Shown: positions 28,308 to 41,629 of the stretch, in pieces | Position numbering within the stretch: the first letter of the stretch is position 1 | Layout: each line of letters begins with the position of its first letter | Source of the DNA: Bigelowiella natans CCMP2755 | Lineage: Eukaryota; Protista; Cercozoa | Length of the DNA: 64,000 nucleotides | Assembly (NCBI GenBank): GCA_000320545.1 | Contig: ADNK01000618.1 | Span: 90,201 to 154,200, forward strand | Direction: 5' to 3' | Position numbers and translations under genes: made by a program | Notes under the pieces: model-generated | The model's input: the letters and a program-made list of their open reading frames with translations, nothing else | Database searches by the model: none | What the model was told of the DNA's origin: nothing

Positions 28308-30129
28308 AGAGTACGTTACCTCCATTCTTTTTGAGGCAAAGATCGGCCTGATATTGGATGATGGCTTCGTAGGGCTCACAGTTGAGATCCTCGACAAGGG
28401 TGACAAGGGCATTAACCAATTCCTTACGATATGGTAGCGAGGGTGGGTACTTCTGCACTATCGTATCAGAGAGAACCTAATCATTCAATGATGAAAGGAG
28501 GTCAATAAAGAGGGGTAGTAGTAGTAGTAGTAGTAGTAGTTGTTGTTTTATATATACTAACGCCAGATAAGCATTGTCCATCCTACCTCATTGCATCATC
28601 ACCACATCACCACAATCCAGCAAAACAGCAGCACTACAATCATCATCATCGTCATCATCATCATCATCATCATTATAGTTATACCCGCTCGTATAGCATA
28701 CGCTGGAAGGAGAGGTGCCAATACATTCTGCTTATTCTGCTCACATGAGCTGCTGCAGAGATCATTTCTTCATTGTCTTCTTTCCCATTTTCATTTTTTA
28801 CAAATTCACATGTTTGCTTGTGCTCCTTCCCCTCCTTCTCCTCCTCCTTCAAGTGTGCATTTTCTCTCTCCTCTAACACCGATAAACCACTACTCTCCGA
28901 GGGAGAGGAAAGAGATCTTCCCACAACCAACTCCTGATGGTTAATAAGGAGATCAAATACGTGCACCTACACTCACATCGCAGCAGCTACTGGTGTTACT
29001 GCTGCTGCGGCTGCTGCTACTGATGATGATGATACCTGCATGAGCGCCTTCACGGGTCTCATTTGACGATAGCTATGTAGGGCATTTCGGCAGATCTCTC
29101 GCCGCTTGTTGTGGATAGCGCGCCAAACATCGAGGAACTGTTTGATCCGGGATTTCGTGGCCATGTCGCTAATGCTAGAGGATGAAGCGGTGGAGGCTAG
29201 GTGTGTAGGGGATGACGGAGAAGAGGAGGGCTCATCTTCATTGCTGCTGTCATTGTGCATGAATACGTGCACCACGAGAAATGCCAGCAAGTCAGGGACA
29301 TCTGGAAGCTCCTGGAGAAGAAGTAGGAAGGTGAGAGGAGGAGGAGAACAAAGAAGAATAGGAATTGAGACATCGTCGTGTTCTAATTTCACTGCCTTTG
29401 GTTTAACTCCTTTTTTAATCATTTGAATCATCACCTCTGCTCCACCAACATCCGGGAGAATATGGTAGTAGTCCCGCAGAATGGATACCTGTGGTATAGA
29501 GGAGCTTGGTATACAAACTTATCATTCTCTTCTCTTAAAAACACAGGTACTAACTGCATCCTAGCTCTCTGATGGAAAAATTGGAATTTAACTTCAAGTT
29601 TGTTGCTATTTCTGCTAATCACTTCAATCGTTCCTTCTACTTCCCTACGATATTACATCACGACGTACCAGGAGAGAGTGGGAGGTATACGTATCCAAAG
29701 TGGGATCCACAGATCGCATGCCATTCTCCACCGCTTTAAGGTGTGCTTTCACCTCAGAAGAGGTGGCTACTTGTTGAGAAGGAAGCGAGGCGACCTCGAC
29801 GGTGGCCTTGGACACCGTGCGAGAACCCGATTTCACGACCAGCGACACTTTGTCTAAACAAATTGGGAGGAAACAAGAAGGATAGAATGATACACATAAC
29901 TATGGAGATTATGGAGATGATAGATGCAGTAAACAGTCATCATGAACACGCGGCATTACGCACGTGGTCGTCCGTTGTTGGATCCTCTCGGGACAGCGGA
30001 AGCAGCTTGGTGTGGCTCATTGTCGGCATTGTCGCCACCACAATTAGAGGGAGTATACAGAAGCTCATAGGGTCCGTCACGTTGCTTCGTCTCCCTCCGC
30101 GGGTCGATCCCTTCTAAAACGCCGTCCAT
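26852..30129 (-). CDS. EEF2KMT/FAM86-like protein-lysine methyltransferase (Methyltransf_16) with N-terminal extension
   Basis: FAM86-like segment VQKYPPSLPYRKELVNALV. Motifs TYLWPAALTL, VMELGSGTG, VEATDF, LDW and DVVIGSDLVY. Confidence 0.82.
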
Positions 30130-30579
30130 CTATCAGCGCCGTGGAGAGCGCATAGACCCCATCTTTACAAAAACAAATGATTGGAAGTCAGAGAAACGCA
30201 TCTGAGAACAGACGCCCAGGACTGGCATAACAGCAGCGATTGAAGACCGAGAGTTGTTTTGGAATCGGAAGCCCCCTTCCCTGGAAACCCAGTGTGTTGC
30301 AGAGATAAGTTGAACCCCCCCCCGCGAAACTATCGGAGCAAACCTTGTCCACGTTGCCGTTCCGTTCTGCTTCGATTTTCCCCAGAATCTGTTGTCGCAG
30401 AGGCATTTTGGCATCAGAGAAGGAAAATCAATATTATGTCGACATTGTGACACTATGAGCGGGTTTTATGAACTGCGTCATGGATATCGAGGTACTTTTA
30501 ACGGAAATTGCCGTCTCTACCCTACCCTTCGCATTCCTACCCCATCTCTGAATCTTCTCAAGTGCCAGGCTTTCTGCGC

Positions 30580-33231
30580 ATGATGCTGGCTGTAACGAAG
30601 CTGTTCGGGCTGCTGCTTCTGGTCCACTCCGATGGGAAGCTTCCATCGATCCCTCGAGCTTGTCTCCCTCCGCACGACAAATATAAGTTTTGTGACACGA
30701 GTTTGAGTATCGAGGACCGGGTTGGAGATCTGATCTCAAAGCTAACTCTTGAGGAGAAACCTTATCTCCTTACCGCCAGGGAGTCACCAAAGGGGAACAT
30801 TTCGAGATTAGGTACGAATTGTCGTATTATCACGCGTACCAACTATACTGATGATTTTCAATTTTACAACAACATTCAGGCATTCCTGAATATGATTGGG
30901 GCGGAAATTGCATCCACGGTGTCCAATCTAATTGTGCAAAGGACGGGAGGTTAGTCATCGTTTTTACTTCTTTCCGCAGCCTTTGAATGTCTGTGGTTGG
31001 CATTACATTGCAGTATAACGCCTCGAAAAGCACAAAAAACCTGCATATGATCCATTTTCTTCTCTCACCATCATTACTCATTCAGATGTCCAACGTCGTT
31101 CCCAAATCCTAACGCATTGGGAGCTACTTTCAACCGCACAGTTTGGAGGACGATGGGATCTGTGATTGGGCGCGAGCTTCGATCCCTCTGGCTGCAAGGC
31201 GTGGGGGAAGCTCACGAATCTAACTTGCCGCACATTGGGCTAGACTGTTGGTCACCCAACATTGGTGTCGTGAGGGATCCACGATGGGGGCGAAACCTTG
31301 AAACGCCGAGTGAAGATCCCCTTGTTTGTGGCTACTTCGGGTCCGAATACTCGCTAGGACTCCAAAACGGGGAGGACGATCGATTCCTTCAGGCCGTTAC
31401 GACGCTCAAGCACTTTACCGCAAATTCACTTGAGGGCCCTTGGAACCAGGATGGGAGCTATGGCGGTAATATGACCCGCCACACCGTAGACCCTTCGATC
31501 TCGATGTACGATCTGCACTCCACCTACCTACCAGCATTTAAGCGCGCCGTCGAGGAAGGAGAGGCAAAGGGCGTCATGTGCAGCTACAACGCGATCAATG
31601 GTGTGCCTAGCTGCGCCAACAATCTACTATTGCAAGATATCCTAAGAGATACCTGGGGCTTCGACGGTTACGTGACTTCTGACTCTGGCGCGGTGGCGGA
31701 CATCCTTGAGACCCATGGCTATGAGGGCGACTGGAACCACACCGTCGCCGCTGCGATCGTGGCGGGCTGCGATGTGGAGAGCGCAAGCTGGCCCAAGGAC
31801 CACCCGTGGGCGACAGGAAGCCCTTACATCGACTACATCCCGGACACTGTGAGAACGGGTATGCTATCAGAGCGAGCCCTCGACGCTGCCGTCGCAAACT
31901 CACTTAGTATCCGTATGAGGCTAGGGCTGTTCGACCCGATCGAGGACCAGCCATATTGGCACGTGGGACCGGAGGAAGTACGCTCTGACGCTAATGTGAA
32001 GGCTGCCATAGATGCAACGGTGCAGGGCCTTGTTCTCCTGTCAAATGAGGCAAAGGAAGAGAACGAGGAGGAGCGCGGAGGGCAGAAAGCCACCACAGAA
32101 GCAGAAGCAGCTGCTACTCTTCCCATCCCTCCAGGCTCCAGTATCGCAGTTGTGGGCCCGCATGCCAACGCACGGGCCGTGCTGCTGGGAAACTATCTAG
32201 GCCAAGTCTGTTCTGATTATTACAACAGTAAATCGTGTGTGGAGACCGCCTTCGAGGCTATCTCGGCCCGTAATTCCAAGGGAGGTGGGAAGACCTTCAA
32301 CGCCACTGGCTGCGACGTCAACTCCACGAGTACTGAGGGCTTTGAGGCAGCGCTAGAGGCAGCTGGGAAGGCTGAATACGTTGTTTTCATTGGGGGGCTC
32401 GACCTCGATATTGAACGAGAGGGCAGGGATCGCCCTGAAATATTTTTGCCGGGTCAACAACCAAACCTTCTCGGCAAATTGCTGTCTCTCCCCCATCGCC
32501 CTAAGGTGGTCCTTGTGCTAATCCACGGTGGGGTTGTGACTCTGGAAAGCTCCTTGCTAGACCGTATTCCGGCCGTCATCAGCGCAGGATATCCCGGCTT
32601 CTACGGGGCTTCGGCGATTGCAAAAGCACTCATAGACGTGTCAGAAACGGACCTGGCGGTGAATCGATGGGGAAGGACTCCTGTCACATGGTACTCTCAT
32701 GAAGGATGGGCATCTGCGGCATTTGATATGCTATCCTTCGATATGGCAGCAAGTCCTGGCCGCACGCACCGCTATTACACCGGTACCCCAGCCTATGACT
32801 TCGGTCACGGGCTCTCATACGCAACCTTCAAGCTCGCGGGGAAAGCGGGGGAGGAGGAGAAGGTCAATGGAGGAAAGTCAGTTGTGAAAATCCTCGTTGA
32901 TGCTGCCAATGAGGACTCCCGGAGGGAAGGTGATGTGGTCCTGCTTGCGTTCGTAAAGGGGAAGAACGGTACTATTCCAGCGTCGGAACCAGCAGCGAAT
33001 GTGAGACAGACACTCTTCGGATTTCAAAGGATTGGGCCACTGTCACCGGGAGCAGCTCAAACGGCTACGTTCACTCTAGATCTCGAGAATTTAGCCCAAT
33101 TCGACAAGAACGGCAAGCCTACCGTCTTTGACGGTGCTTACCAGATTGTTGTGCGGGACGGTAATGAGGGTCAAGTTGTGATCGATAACGTACACTGCTC
33201 ACTCGAAAAAGGTTGCTCCCTGACACAATAG
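30580..33231 (+). CDS. secreted GH3 beta-xylosidase-like glycosidase, 3 exons
   Basis: Signal peptide; FCDTSLSIEDRVGDLISKLTLEEK; WSPNIGVVRDPRWGRNLETPSEDP; KHF; VMCSYNAING; GYVTSD (nucleophile Asp); FGHGLSY; Fn3-like end. Exons approx. 30580-30811, 30880-30949, 31086-33231. Confidence 0.95.
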
Positions 33232-34010
33232 TAAGCCGTCTCGAATGCATTAATCACTTGGAGCAAAGTTGAGCTACTACGTCTGAAGCAGAATTTTGCG
33301 GATCCCATGGATACATGATCTCGTACCTATTAGTTCAGTCATTTGTTGTAGCAGCAGTACCCATGGTGACTGTCAGGTGATATTTTGATGTGAATAAGCT
33401 GGTCTAACTTACCAAATTGCTTGCCGATGTCACCGACGAGATTTCATGCAATGCATGCTGCACTATCGCGCTTCTGGCGTGATAGGCCATACGCCGATGC
33501 AGCAAAGCGATGGGCGGCTACAGTATGCTGCTGATTTAGCTATAAAAATAGATATCGAGAAGTAAAAATTGTCGCCATTGCTATGCGTACTAGTAGTATA
33601 GCACTACACATGCAGTACATCCATCATAGTAAATGTGTTATAGAAATGGCGACTATGCATAATAGCCTGGTCATCACCGAACGACAATGCGTATCGGCTG
33701 TGCATGATGGGTTTTATTTATTCGTCTCGCGAAGATTGGGTGCTTTTTCTCCTCTAGTCCTCGTTGATGTACGTGCCATGCCATGCATGCACATTGCGAT
33801 GCTGTGATCCAGTGCACACTGCACGCTGTTCTAGTATTGCTAGATTATTGTGTACGCATGACGACGCTGATCGGTAGACGTAAAGTCGTCCGTATTAGTT
33901 TTGACTTTTGTATAATACTTGAGTGCATACACACAAGTTGGCTACAGCTACTGTATGTGACAACAGCGGTTCCCATCGCATTGATTTACATTTATTACTA
34001 ATTATTGATT

Positions 34011-34729
34011 TTATTTCAGACCGCTTGTTGTCCGTATATTCCTCACACGTTTTCGCTTCTTACTTCGTTTCTTGAACCCAACACTCATCGGCTCTCTCTT
34101 GACCTGTGGTTTGCCCTCTTGCTTCACTTGAGGCGTCTCGTCCTTTTCGTTGTCCTCCTCGACGTCAAGTCCATAGTCATCAGCCTAGTTTTAAATAGTA
34201 ACGCGTGAATATGTTGAGAGAGGGATCACGTTAAATAGTAACGCGTGAATATGTTGAGAGAGGGATCACGCACATGCACACGGAGAGGAAGACAGAGAGA
34301 GAGAGTTAGAGAGAGTTAGAGAGAGCGAGCATAGTGTCAGCAGAAAGAGGCCGAAACAGCATCGAATCAGGGTTTTCATGATATGATACATAATTGGAAA
34401 ATTGGAAATAGTTATTTATGTGTGCTTCTTTCGTACAGCAGCCCTAATTCTTAGAATGATGTCTGTTCATGTTGATCACGATGTTGGTTCTGCTGCTTAT
34501 TTTTATTGTTGTTGTTGTAATTACATCTACGTCCTTGAATCGGGAGCTAAAACCCAGAAACTTTGACCCGCCGCTGTACTTGTCCGCCCGATTGATTGTC
34601 CCTAGTCCACCGCCCAACTGATTGATTGATTGATTGATTGATTGAGGAAATGGCGATAGTTAGTAACGGTTGAATAATGCCTTCTTTCGCTAAGAAAGCG
34701 CAAGATCAGATAAGGGATGAGGAAGGGAC

Positions 34730-34768
<39 letters not shown>

Positions 34769-35327
34769 GCTGAAGACGCTCTTTGTTCCATATATGTTAA
34801 TCCTGTCATCATCTTGAACCTTTCTCTTCTTCTTCTCTTTTTCACGTTGTTTGAGCTTTCTGGCATTCTCCGCCCATACCCCCTTTTGTTGTTGCGGCGC
34901 GCAGCAGGAGTGAAGATCAGGAGAGAATATAGATTTGAGGGGAAATTGTAAGCAGCAATGTATACGATTCAAGAACTCACATCCAATTTTTGTTCTCCCC
35001 CCTTTCCTTTCTCTCTCTTCCCGTTTTCCTAGCTAATTGATAATGACTACTTCGCCTGATTTGACACTGGACCACTGGCCAGCTTCACTTTTGCCCCCAG
35101 CTTGATCACCACCACCATCCTTCATATAAAGAGAGGAGGGAGAGGAGGAGGAGGGCGAGAGAGGGGGGTAGGGGACGGGGAGGAGAAGGAGGAGAGAAAA
35201 CATAATGCAACAATTAACGAAAACTGCATGATGACAGCAGCAAGAGACCAGGTTGGAACATACACATCCTAATAGGAAGGATAAGATCCATCACGATTTC
35301 ATTAATTTGCTGTCATCCCACCTGTTG

Positions 35328-35358
<31 letters not shown>

Positions 35359-36360
35359 ACCGCAACGGCCTCTTCTTTCGATGGCGGCTTCATCCAAAGT
35401 GCAGGCTCCTAGATTCGATCCATAAGCCAATTGGTACAGAATGAGCGCATTGTTCTCATTCTTGTTGTAAAACTATCCACGAGTGGTGATCGGTGTTGTT
35501 TTCAACCATGAGGATGAGGATGAGGATGATGATGATATGATGATCATGGTGTCAATGACTTAGCTGATGTATCAGCACCTCGGTTGTGAAGTCATCGCGG
35601 TCCCGTACTTCCTCATTACCGTAGTCTGTATACCGCACAGTGTACCTGATAGTCACAGTAACGATGATGAGAATCCGAAAATAGGATCGAAAATGATCGA
35701 TCGTATTAGTAATAGTAGTAGTTGAAGTAGTAGTAGTAGTGGGTATATGTTTACTCGTTCGGGTCCTCCTCCGCACGGCTCGCTGTTGAACTACTACTCT
35801 CCTCGTCCTATAATGGCAAAACATTGTCATTGTCAAGTGATTCATCCAAAGCTCGCCCAGACATAATCATACAGAACAAAAATGGGATGATTCATTTTAA
35901 GTTATTCCGCACCAATTATGCATCTCTGCTCACCACCTTCTTCTTCTTGCGTGCGACTTTGATAATCACGGCTCTGTAATACTTCTTGTCCTCAGAGTAC
36001 ATTGCCCAGCCTGAAAAGGAGACGAGGAGGAGGAGGGCGAACGAGTGCACATAGTATGTGATTCCATGTGAATGTCTAAAGGTTTTCAAGATTCTGGGAG
36101 ACTCATCCTTATTACACCACTGTTTTCTCCTCATCATCCAAAATTTTCGTTTAGTCCTCTCCTCCCTTCTATTGTTGTTGTTGTTGTTGTTGTTGTTACC
36201 GTTGGTTCCCACTTTAAGCGGCTTAAATGCCTCGCGCCTTCTGTCGGCCACTTTGAAAAAAAAGAGAGAAAAGAACAAAGTAAGGAGATGATGACGAAGA
36301 TACAGCGGCAGGAAAGTAACAAAGAAAAAGAAAACGTGTCAGCCATTCGTGGGTGTATCT

Positions 36361-36402
<42 letters not shown>

Positions 36403-36613
36403 ATTGTAGTTTCTTCGCTATGATTTCTTTACGTTTGCCGGACTTGTCGTCATCATCACCATGTCCATATTTCTTATTGTAGAAAGCAACAAGATTCTGT
36501 GAAGCTTCCCCTGGAGCAAGTTCCTGGTGTTGATGGAAAAAATAGTATAATGTTATTATGTTGCGTATTGATCCCTCTTTCTCCCATCCCCCCCCCCCCC
36601 CCACCACCCCCCC

Positions 36614-36648
<35 letters not shown>

Positions 36649-37600
36649 TGTGTGCTTTATCATCCTCGGATGTAGGTGGTCACCATCATCATCATTTAAT
36701 ATTATTTTTATTATTTCTGGAACTATCGTAATGCTATAAGACCACTTTATGATAGTTCTTCCAGTGAGGTTACCTTTGGTTCTTCATCATCCTGCTCAGG
36801 GGGACGATACTCTCGGAAAGCTTGAACTTTACCGTCAGCTCCTCTGACTACTGTAGTCCGTCCTTCCTCCCCCCCGTTCCCATATCCTCCTCCTCCTCCT
36901 CCCCCCCCACCTCCTCCACCAACAAACGATGAGGATGAGGATGATGCCGCCGCTCCCGGAGTCCCAGCTAATCCCGCGGAGATGTCGCGCCCGTAAGCAG
37001 CCCTTGCAGCCTTTAGTTATTTTTAAGCAGTCAGTCAGCTGTGCGCTTTAGGTTGATATCAGAAACAAAAAAGAAATAATAGCAACTCCCTCTCTCAGTG
37101 TTTTGTACCGCTTCAATCTTCTCCATTTCTTTGGCTAGCTCTTGGTCCTTCCTCTGTTTGTCGGTCCTATCCTGGGAAAATCCAAATTCGGTATGAGCGA
37201 GGCGAGTGTGGTAGAATGAAGACGGGGACATCAGTGATGACCCACTTTCTGTACCTTCCGCATTTGGTAGAACATCAATTTTTTCTTGCGCTGGTGCTGC
37301 TCTCCTTGCTCGTGCTTCCGAATCTAAGAGAATAAGAAGGAAAAGCCATGCCCACCATATTAATATCGGCTCCCTTCTGTCTTTAGACATAACAGAGAAT
37401 CCTCGATGTTACTGCGAGCTTTTCTCATAGGTTATTCTATCGAACCCCAACAATCTCTTTTTCAAACCCTCTCCCCCTTGGTGTCTCCCTCGAAAATGTT
37501 CAGTTCTTTCGATACACTTACCGCTGAGGGTGCCATTGACATCCAACAGTTGCATATTTTGCAAAAGTGTCTCGTCTCCTGAAAACAACATCATTACCAT
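34011..37600 (-). CDS. WBP4/ZOP1-like U1(matrin) zinc-finger protein containing a Tudor domain
   Basis: ETRHFCKICNCWMSMAPSA/IRKHEQGEQH (C2H2), KEMEKIEAAARAAYGRDI, Tudor LKVG..WAMYSEDKKYYRAVI..YTVRYTDYGNEE, C-terminal VGFKKR. Start codon uncertain. Confidence 0.78.
34191..34270. repeat. perfect 40-bp tandem duplication (intronic)
   Basis: ttaaatagtaacgcgtgaatatgttgagagagggatcacg x2. Confidence 0.95.
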
Positions 37601-37913
37601 ATACTTTTTCTTCACGCGTGGCCGGAAGGGATGGAGCAGCGTATATAACACATTCAAGGCATAAATAGACTTTTTCGATAACAGTTTCCTCGAATTTGTA
37701 ACATTGCTACCTCCTTCTTCCACCTCCCTTTGTACTGCTCCCTTAACACAAACGCGTACGCCATTGTTTTCTTTCTTCCTCGGGAGGGCTGAGCACTGCG
37801 CACACGGTACAGATAAAAAGTAATCGAGGAAACATCTTAATAAAAATTATGTTATGTGAGGAGCATTATTTCAAAACTCTTCTAGATGTGTTCGGTATGA
37901 TATTTTGACTAAG

Positions 37914-38499
37914 ATGAATTCCCAAGTCTCCCTACTGCGGAAGTTGATGAGGATGAAGTCCTAGTGAGTCGTGAGTCTCTTGCAAGGCTACTGTGCTCCT
38001 CAATGCTTCATTTGTTGTTCATTGTTCATTGTTCATTGTTCCTCAGGTGCTAGTTCTAGAGCAAAGTCTGTTCTTTCATCTCTCAGAAGCATCCAGCGGA
38101 GAGAAATCGAGTTTTGACGCTGGGGGAACAACTCGAAATGACGCCTTCAAGGGAGGTTGTCAGGGGACGAGGTTTCGATCGTTGAGTGCGTGTTCGACTT
38201 GTTCCGTGGTGAGTGAACTTTGCTCGCTGTTGCGGCGAGACCAGCACAACGAGGACACTGACAAGTTCTCGCAAAGGTTTTTGCTGACAGGCATTGTTGC
38301 ACGCAAACGCTTGCTGGTAGCTGGGTTGTCTCACTGGCCAGCTGGTTCTGTGTTCGATCGTCTTGTCTCCCACGTGCCAGCGTGGCTTTTGCCAGCTTTG
38401 TGTGTGCAGTTGACAGCCAGCAACAACGTGAAGTTCAAGGTCCATCGTGCTGGCGTGGTGTGTGCGCACTGCGACGTGCAATGCAGACTTCAACGATGA
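37914..38499 (+). pseudogene. possible decayed gene in a TpA-depleted tract
   Basis: 168-aa ORF with no Tyr and a plausible intron (~37964-38046). The openness is explained by TpA depletion. No family recognised. Confidence 0.25.
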
Positions 38500-38951
38500 A
38501 ACGTGCGGACGCTCGATCGATTGATGGCGCAACAAACATGCAACGCTCCATGCAACTTCTCTTCTAGACTTGTCGATTGGACGACGCATGCAACCTAGCA
38601 ACCGCCACTAGCGCCAGCACCTGGCACGCACGTGTCGGTTCTCGTTTCGTGAGATCTCGAGATTGAACGGAGGTGCGCTAGCTCGCTAGTGCGGTGCATC
38701 CCTCAACAGCTTGGACACCCAATGTTCCCGGCAAATTTCGAAAAATTGGCCAAGAAGAAGTGCGTTGCATGCGCGACACTGCACGATTCTAGCGATTTGT
38801 CATCTTCATGCACCCACATGATTTTGCTATTTCAACAAAGTCTTCACATGAACACACAACCTGTTCTTTTTTTAATTTGCGTAAATCTTAGCTGACAGCA
38901 TGAAAAGTCGCATGAAATGTTCAATGCAGCTACCGCTTGTCGCTGGAAAGC

Positions 38952-40020
38952 TCAACTAGTTACGTACATCTTCACTTTCGAGGCGACCTGGGTCTCTTTC
39001 TCCAGAACTCCTTGTTCGGTTTTCTATTGGAAACACAAGCATGAACAAAGGTCGACATGCACCAAACATCATAGATACATGCTTCGAATCTTTGTTACCT
39101 CCTCATATATTTTCTGAGCTTTCTTCCAGTGATAAGGAGGCAGCTTGATTGTAGCTAGATAGAGCCGATGCACTCCAGATTTCAAGTAACTCTGATCAAA
39201 TATGGTCTCCATTGTCTTCCAGACCTGTAGATGTAGAAAAACAATGAATTCTGGTTGCTGAATAACAGGACAATGAACAATGAACAGGAGGGATCCACCT
39301 GCTTTTCAATGTCATCGAATATTTCCTTAGAAGGAACGTTAAAAATTGCCTTCTCGGCGTATCTGATATTACAGATTTAATTAAGGTTTCCACTCGGTGC
39401 GCTATCAGAGTGAAAGAAATACCTTGTCCCAGCAAGTTTGGCATCCACGGGGTCCGCATCATCTAAGTCCTTCAACACCTTTAGAAGCTATGAAAGGATT
39501 TTTTTTTAATTTTAAGGGCTAATTCATTGCAAGTAACCGATGTTATTACCGCTTCGATTTTGCTTTCATCTACATGGATAAAATTAGTGGTATTTTTGAC
39601 TCGCAGGTACTTCGAGATGATGACATCCACTGTTCATACATGATTTTAAATTTTAGGCCGACAGGTACTGAACATTGAACTTATTCTTGAGTTAATTTTG
39701 GAACCCTTCTTCCTCCGGTGTCTCCTCTCGATTTCTTTGTAGCCTTCTATAGCACGGAAAAAATGAAAGAGAGAGACTGGACGAGCCCCATTCAACAAGT
39801 CTCTGTTATGCATATCACACTGCTCAATCATAGCTATCTTACACACGCTCGATCATAGCTCTAAATAATCGATCAAGCTACCCATGCTTCGCCTTTATCT
39901 CCTTCTCCTTTGCGCAAAGATATTGATAATAATATGATCGAGCAGAGGACACTAACAATACGATGGATGAGAAGATTGAATGTGATTGGTTGATACTGAA
40001 ATATAGTAAATACAATCATG

Positions 40021-40063
<43 letters not shown>

Positions 40064-41629
40064 TGTGTTCGGATTTTGTGCGCACATCTTAGCGTGCGTT
40101 CATGCAGTTATGGTGAAGCAATTAGTACTTAGTACTTACTTCCGGTGCTCATATATTTTTTAAACTGAGGCTTCTCAATTACATCCTGATACAAATGGCG
40201 AAATACAGATTTCACTCGAATAATAAGGGCGATGTTCCTCATATTAACCTTAAAAAGCATGAAGTGGTGAAATGCACAAAGTCCAGAGAGGAGGAACTGT
40301 AACAAAAAGAAAGCTTTCATCACACTCTTTGATGCGGGAGGGATGACCTATTTTCCACACCTGTCCTTGATGCGAGACTGCAAAACATGGGCACCCTGGA
40401 ACACGACAGGGAATTGGCTTTGCTAAGTCCCTCTGAGTATACCCATGCATGTATAATAAAAGATGACCCAACTTTTACAAATAACTTGGTTTTGGCTACC
40501 AATTTTTTCAATATCTGCGTTTGCTCTGGCAGTATGGCAGACAGATTTTTGTAGAGGTTCTAAACAAATTGATTACAAAGTAACTCATCAATACTGGCAA
40601 TGTTAATGCCATCAAATGTTATGTGATATCACCTTTTTATGATCTTCGTACTCGGGCTTTTTGAGAAGACTGTCCAAAACCTCTTCATTTCTAATCAACT
40701 TTAATGTTACGCATTTTTTAAATAAGTTGCAATTACTTCTAACCCATAAATGTCAAATAGCTCATCCAGGACTTTCAAGTTTTTGTCAGTGATGTGCCCC
40801 CGAGCAATCTCAACTATCATAACGCGTATCTGCAAATACAAAAAATAAGTGAAGAAAAATCGCTTCTAGCATGAAAATTACCCTTTCAATGTTACTCCGG
40901 AGCACTTTTATGTTTGGTGAGTGAATTCGAGGCCCACTAAATCCTTGCTTCTCATCACTATCTCGTTTAGCATCGTTCTTCTGAGTCGATAGAGCACTGA
41001 GAATCTGAACAGCGAAGTTGTTCAGAGGAGATTCTGCATGTGCTGTATGCTCCCATGTGAGTTCCTTCTCTTCGATCTAACACATAGTAATCATTGGGTA
41101 TTGAAACCAAATAAGTTCAAGTGAGAGGCCTTTTTACATTAAATAACTCAAATTAGACGTACCAAAATGTTAAATTTTGTAGCCAGTCGATAAAGGTTGT
41201 CTCGTGCTTCAGTAGCTATCACCGATACAGTTTCAAGATGATGAGAGGATTAACTAGTGTAAAACTGACTATACAAAGAAGATTTCAACCTGTCTTCTCA
41301 TCTTTCAATTCGGTAATGATTGTTGTCAGAATCTTCGCGACATTTTCACTTTCCTCACCTAATTTTCGAAAGTGAGATTGCTTGGGGGAAAACACTACAA
41401 GCTACTTAGAATGTACCAATGAAGGTGTTAATTAGTTTCTTCCCATATTTTGTCCTCGACTATGAAGAAATTTGGATCAGATTCGTTCAATAGACATACA
41501 TTTGATTACGCGGACCGTTTGTGATGCAATAAACTTTTTTGCACGAAGCATAATGCTTTGATTTTTAGTCTTTTTCTGAGTTTCATCGCCTTCCATGGTG
41601 TGCGTAGCCGTGCCCTCTGGAGCTTGCAT
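38952..41629 (-). CDS. multi-exon protein: TNFAIP8/TIPE-like helical domain + Cys/His motif + RGS-like domain
   Basis: N-term MLRAKKFIASQTSRTKYGKKLINTFIG...ARDNLYRLATKFNIL; middle CRVPGCPCF..GLCAFHH; C-term FHFFRAIEGYKEI..IISKYLR..FIHVD..PSKEIFDDIEKQVWKTMETIFDQSYLKS (RGS pattern). Confidence 0.65.

Noticed and set aside
38083-38601. 172-aa minus-strand ORF as a transposon protein
   Set aside because: No RT, integrase or transposase motifs; the openness is explained by the lack of TA.
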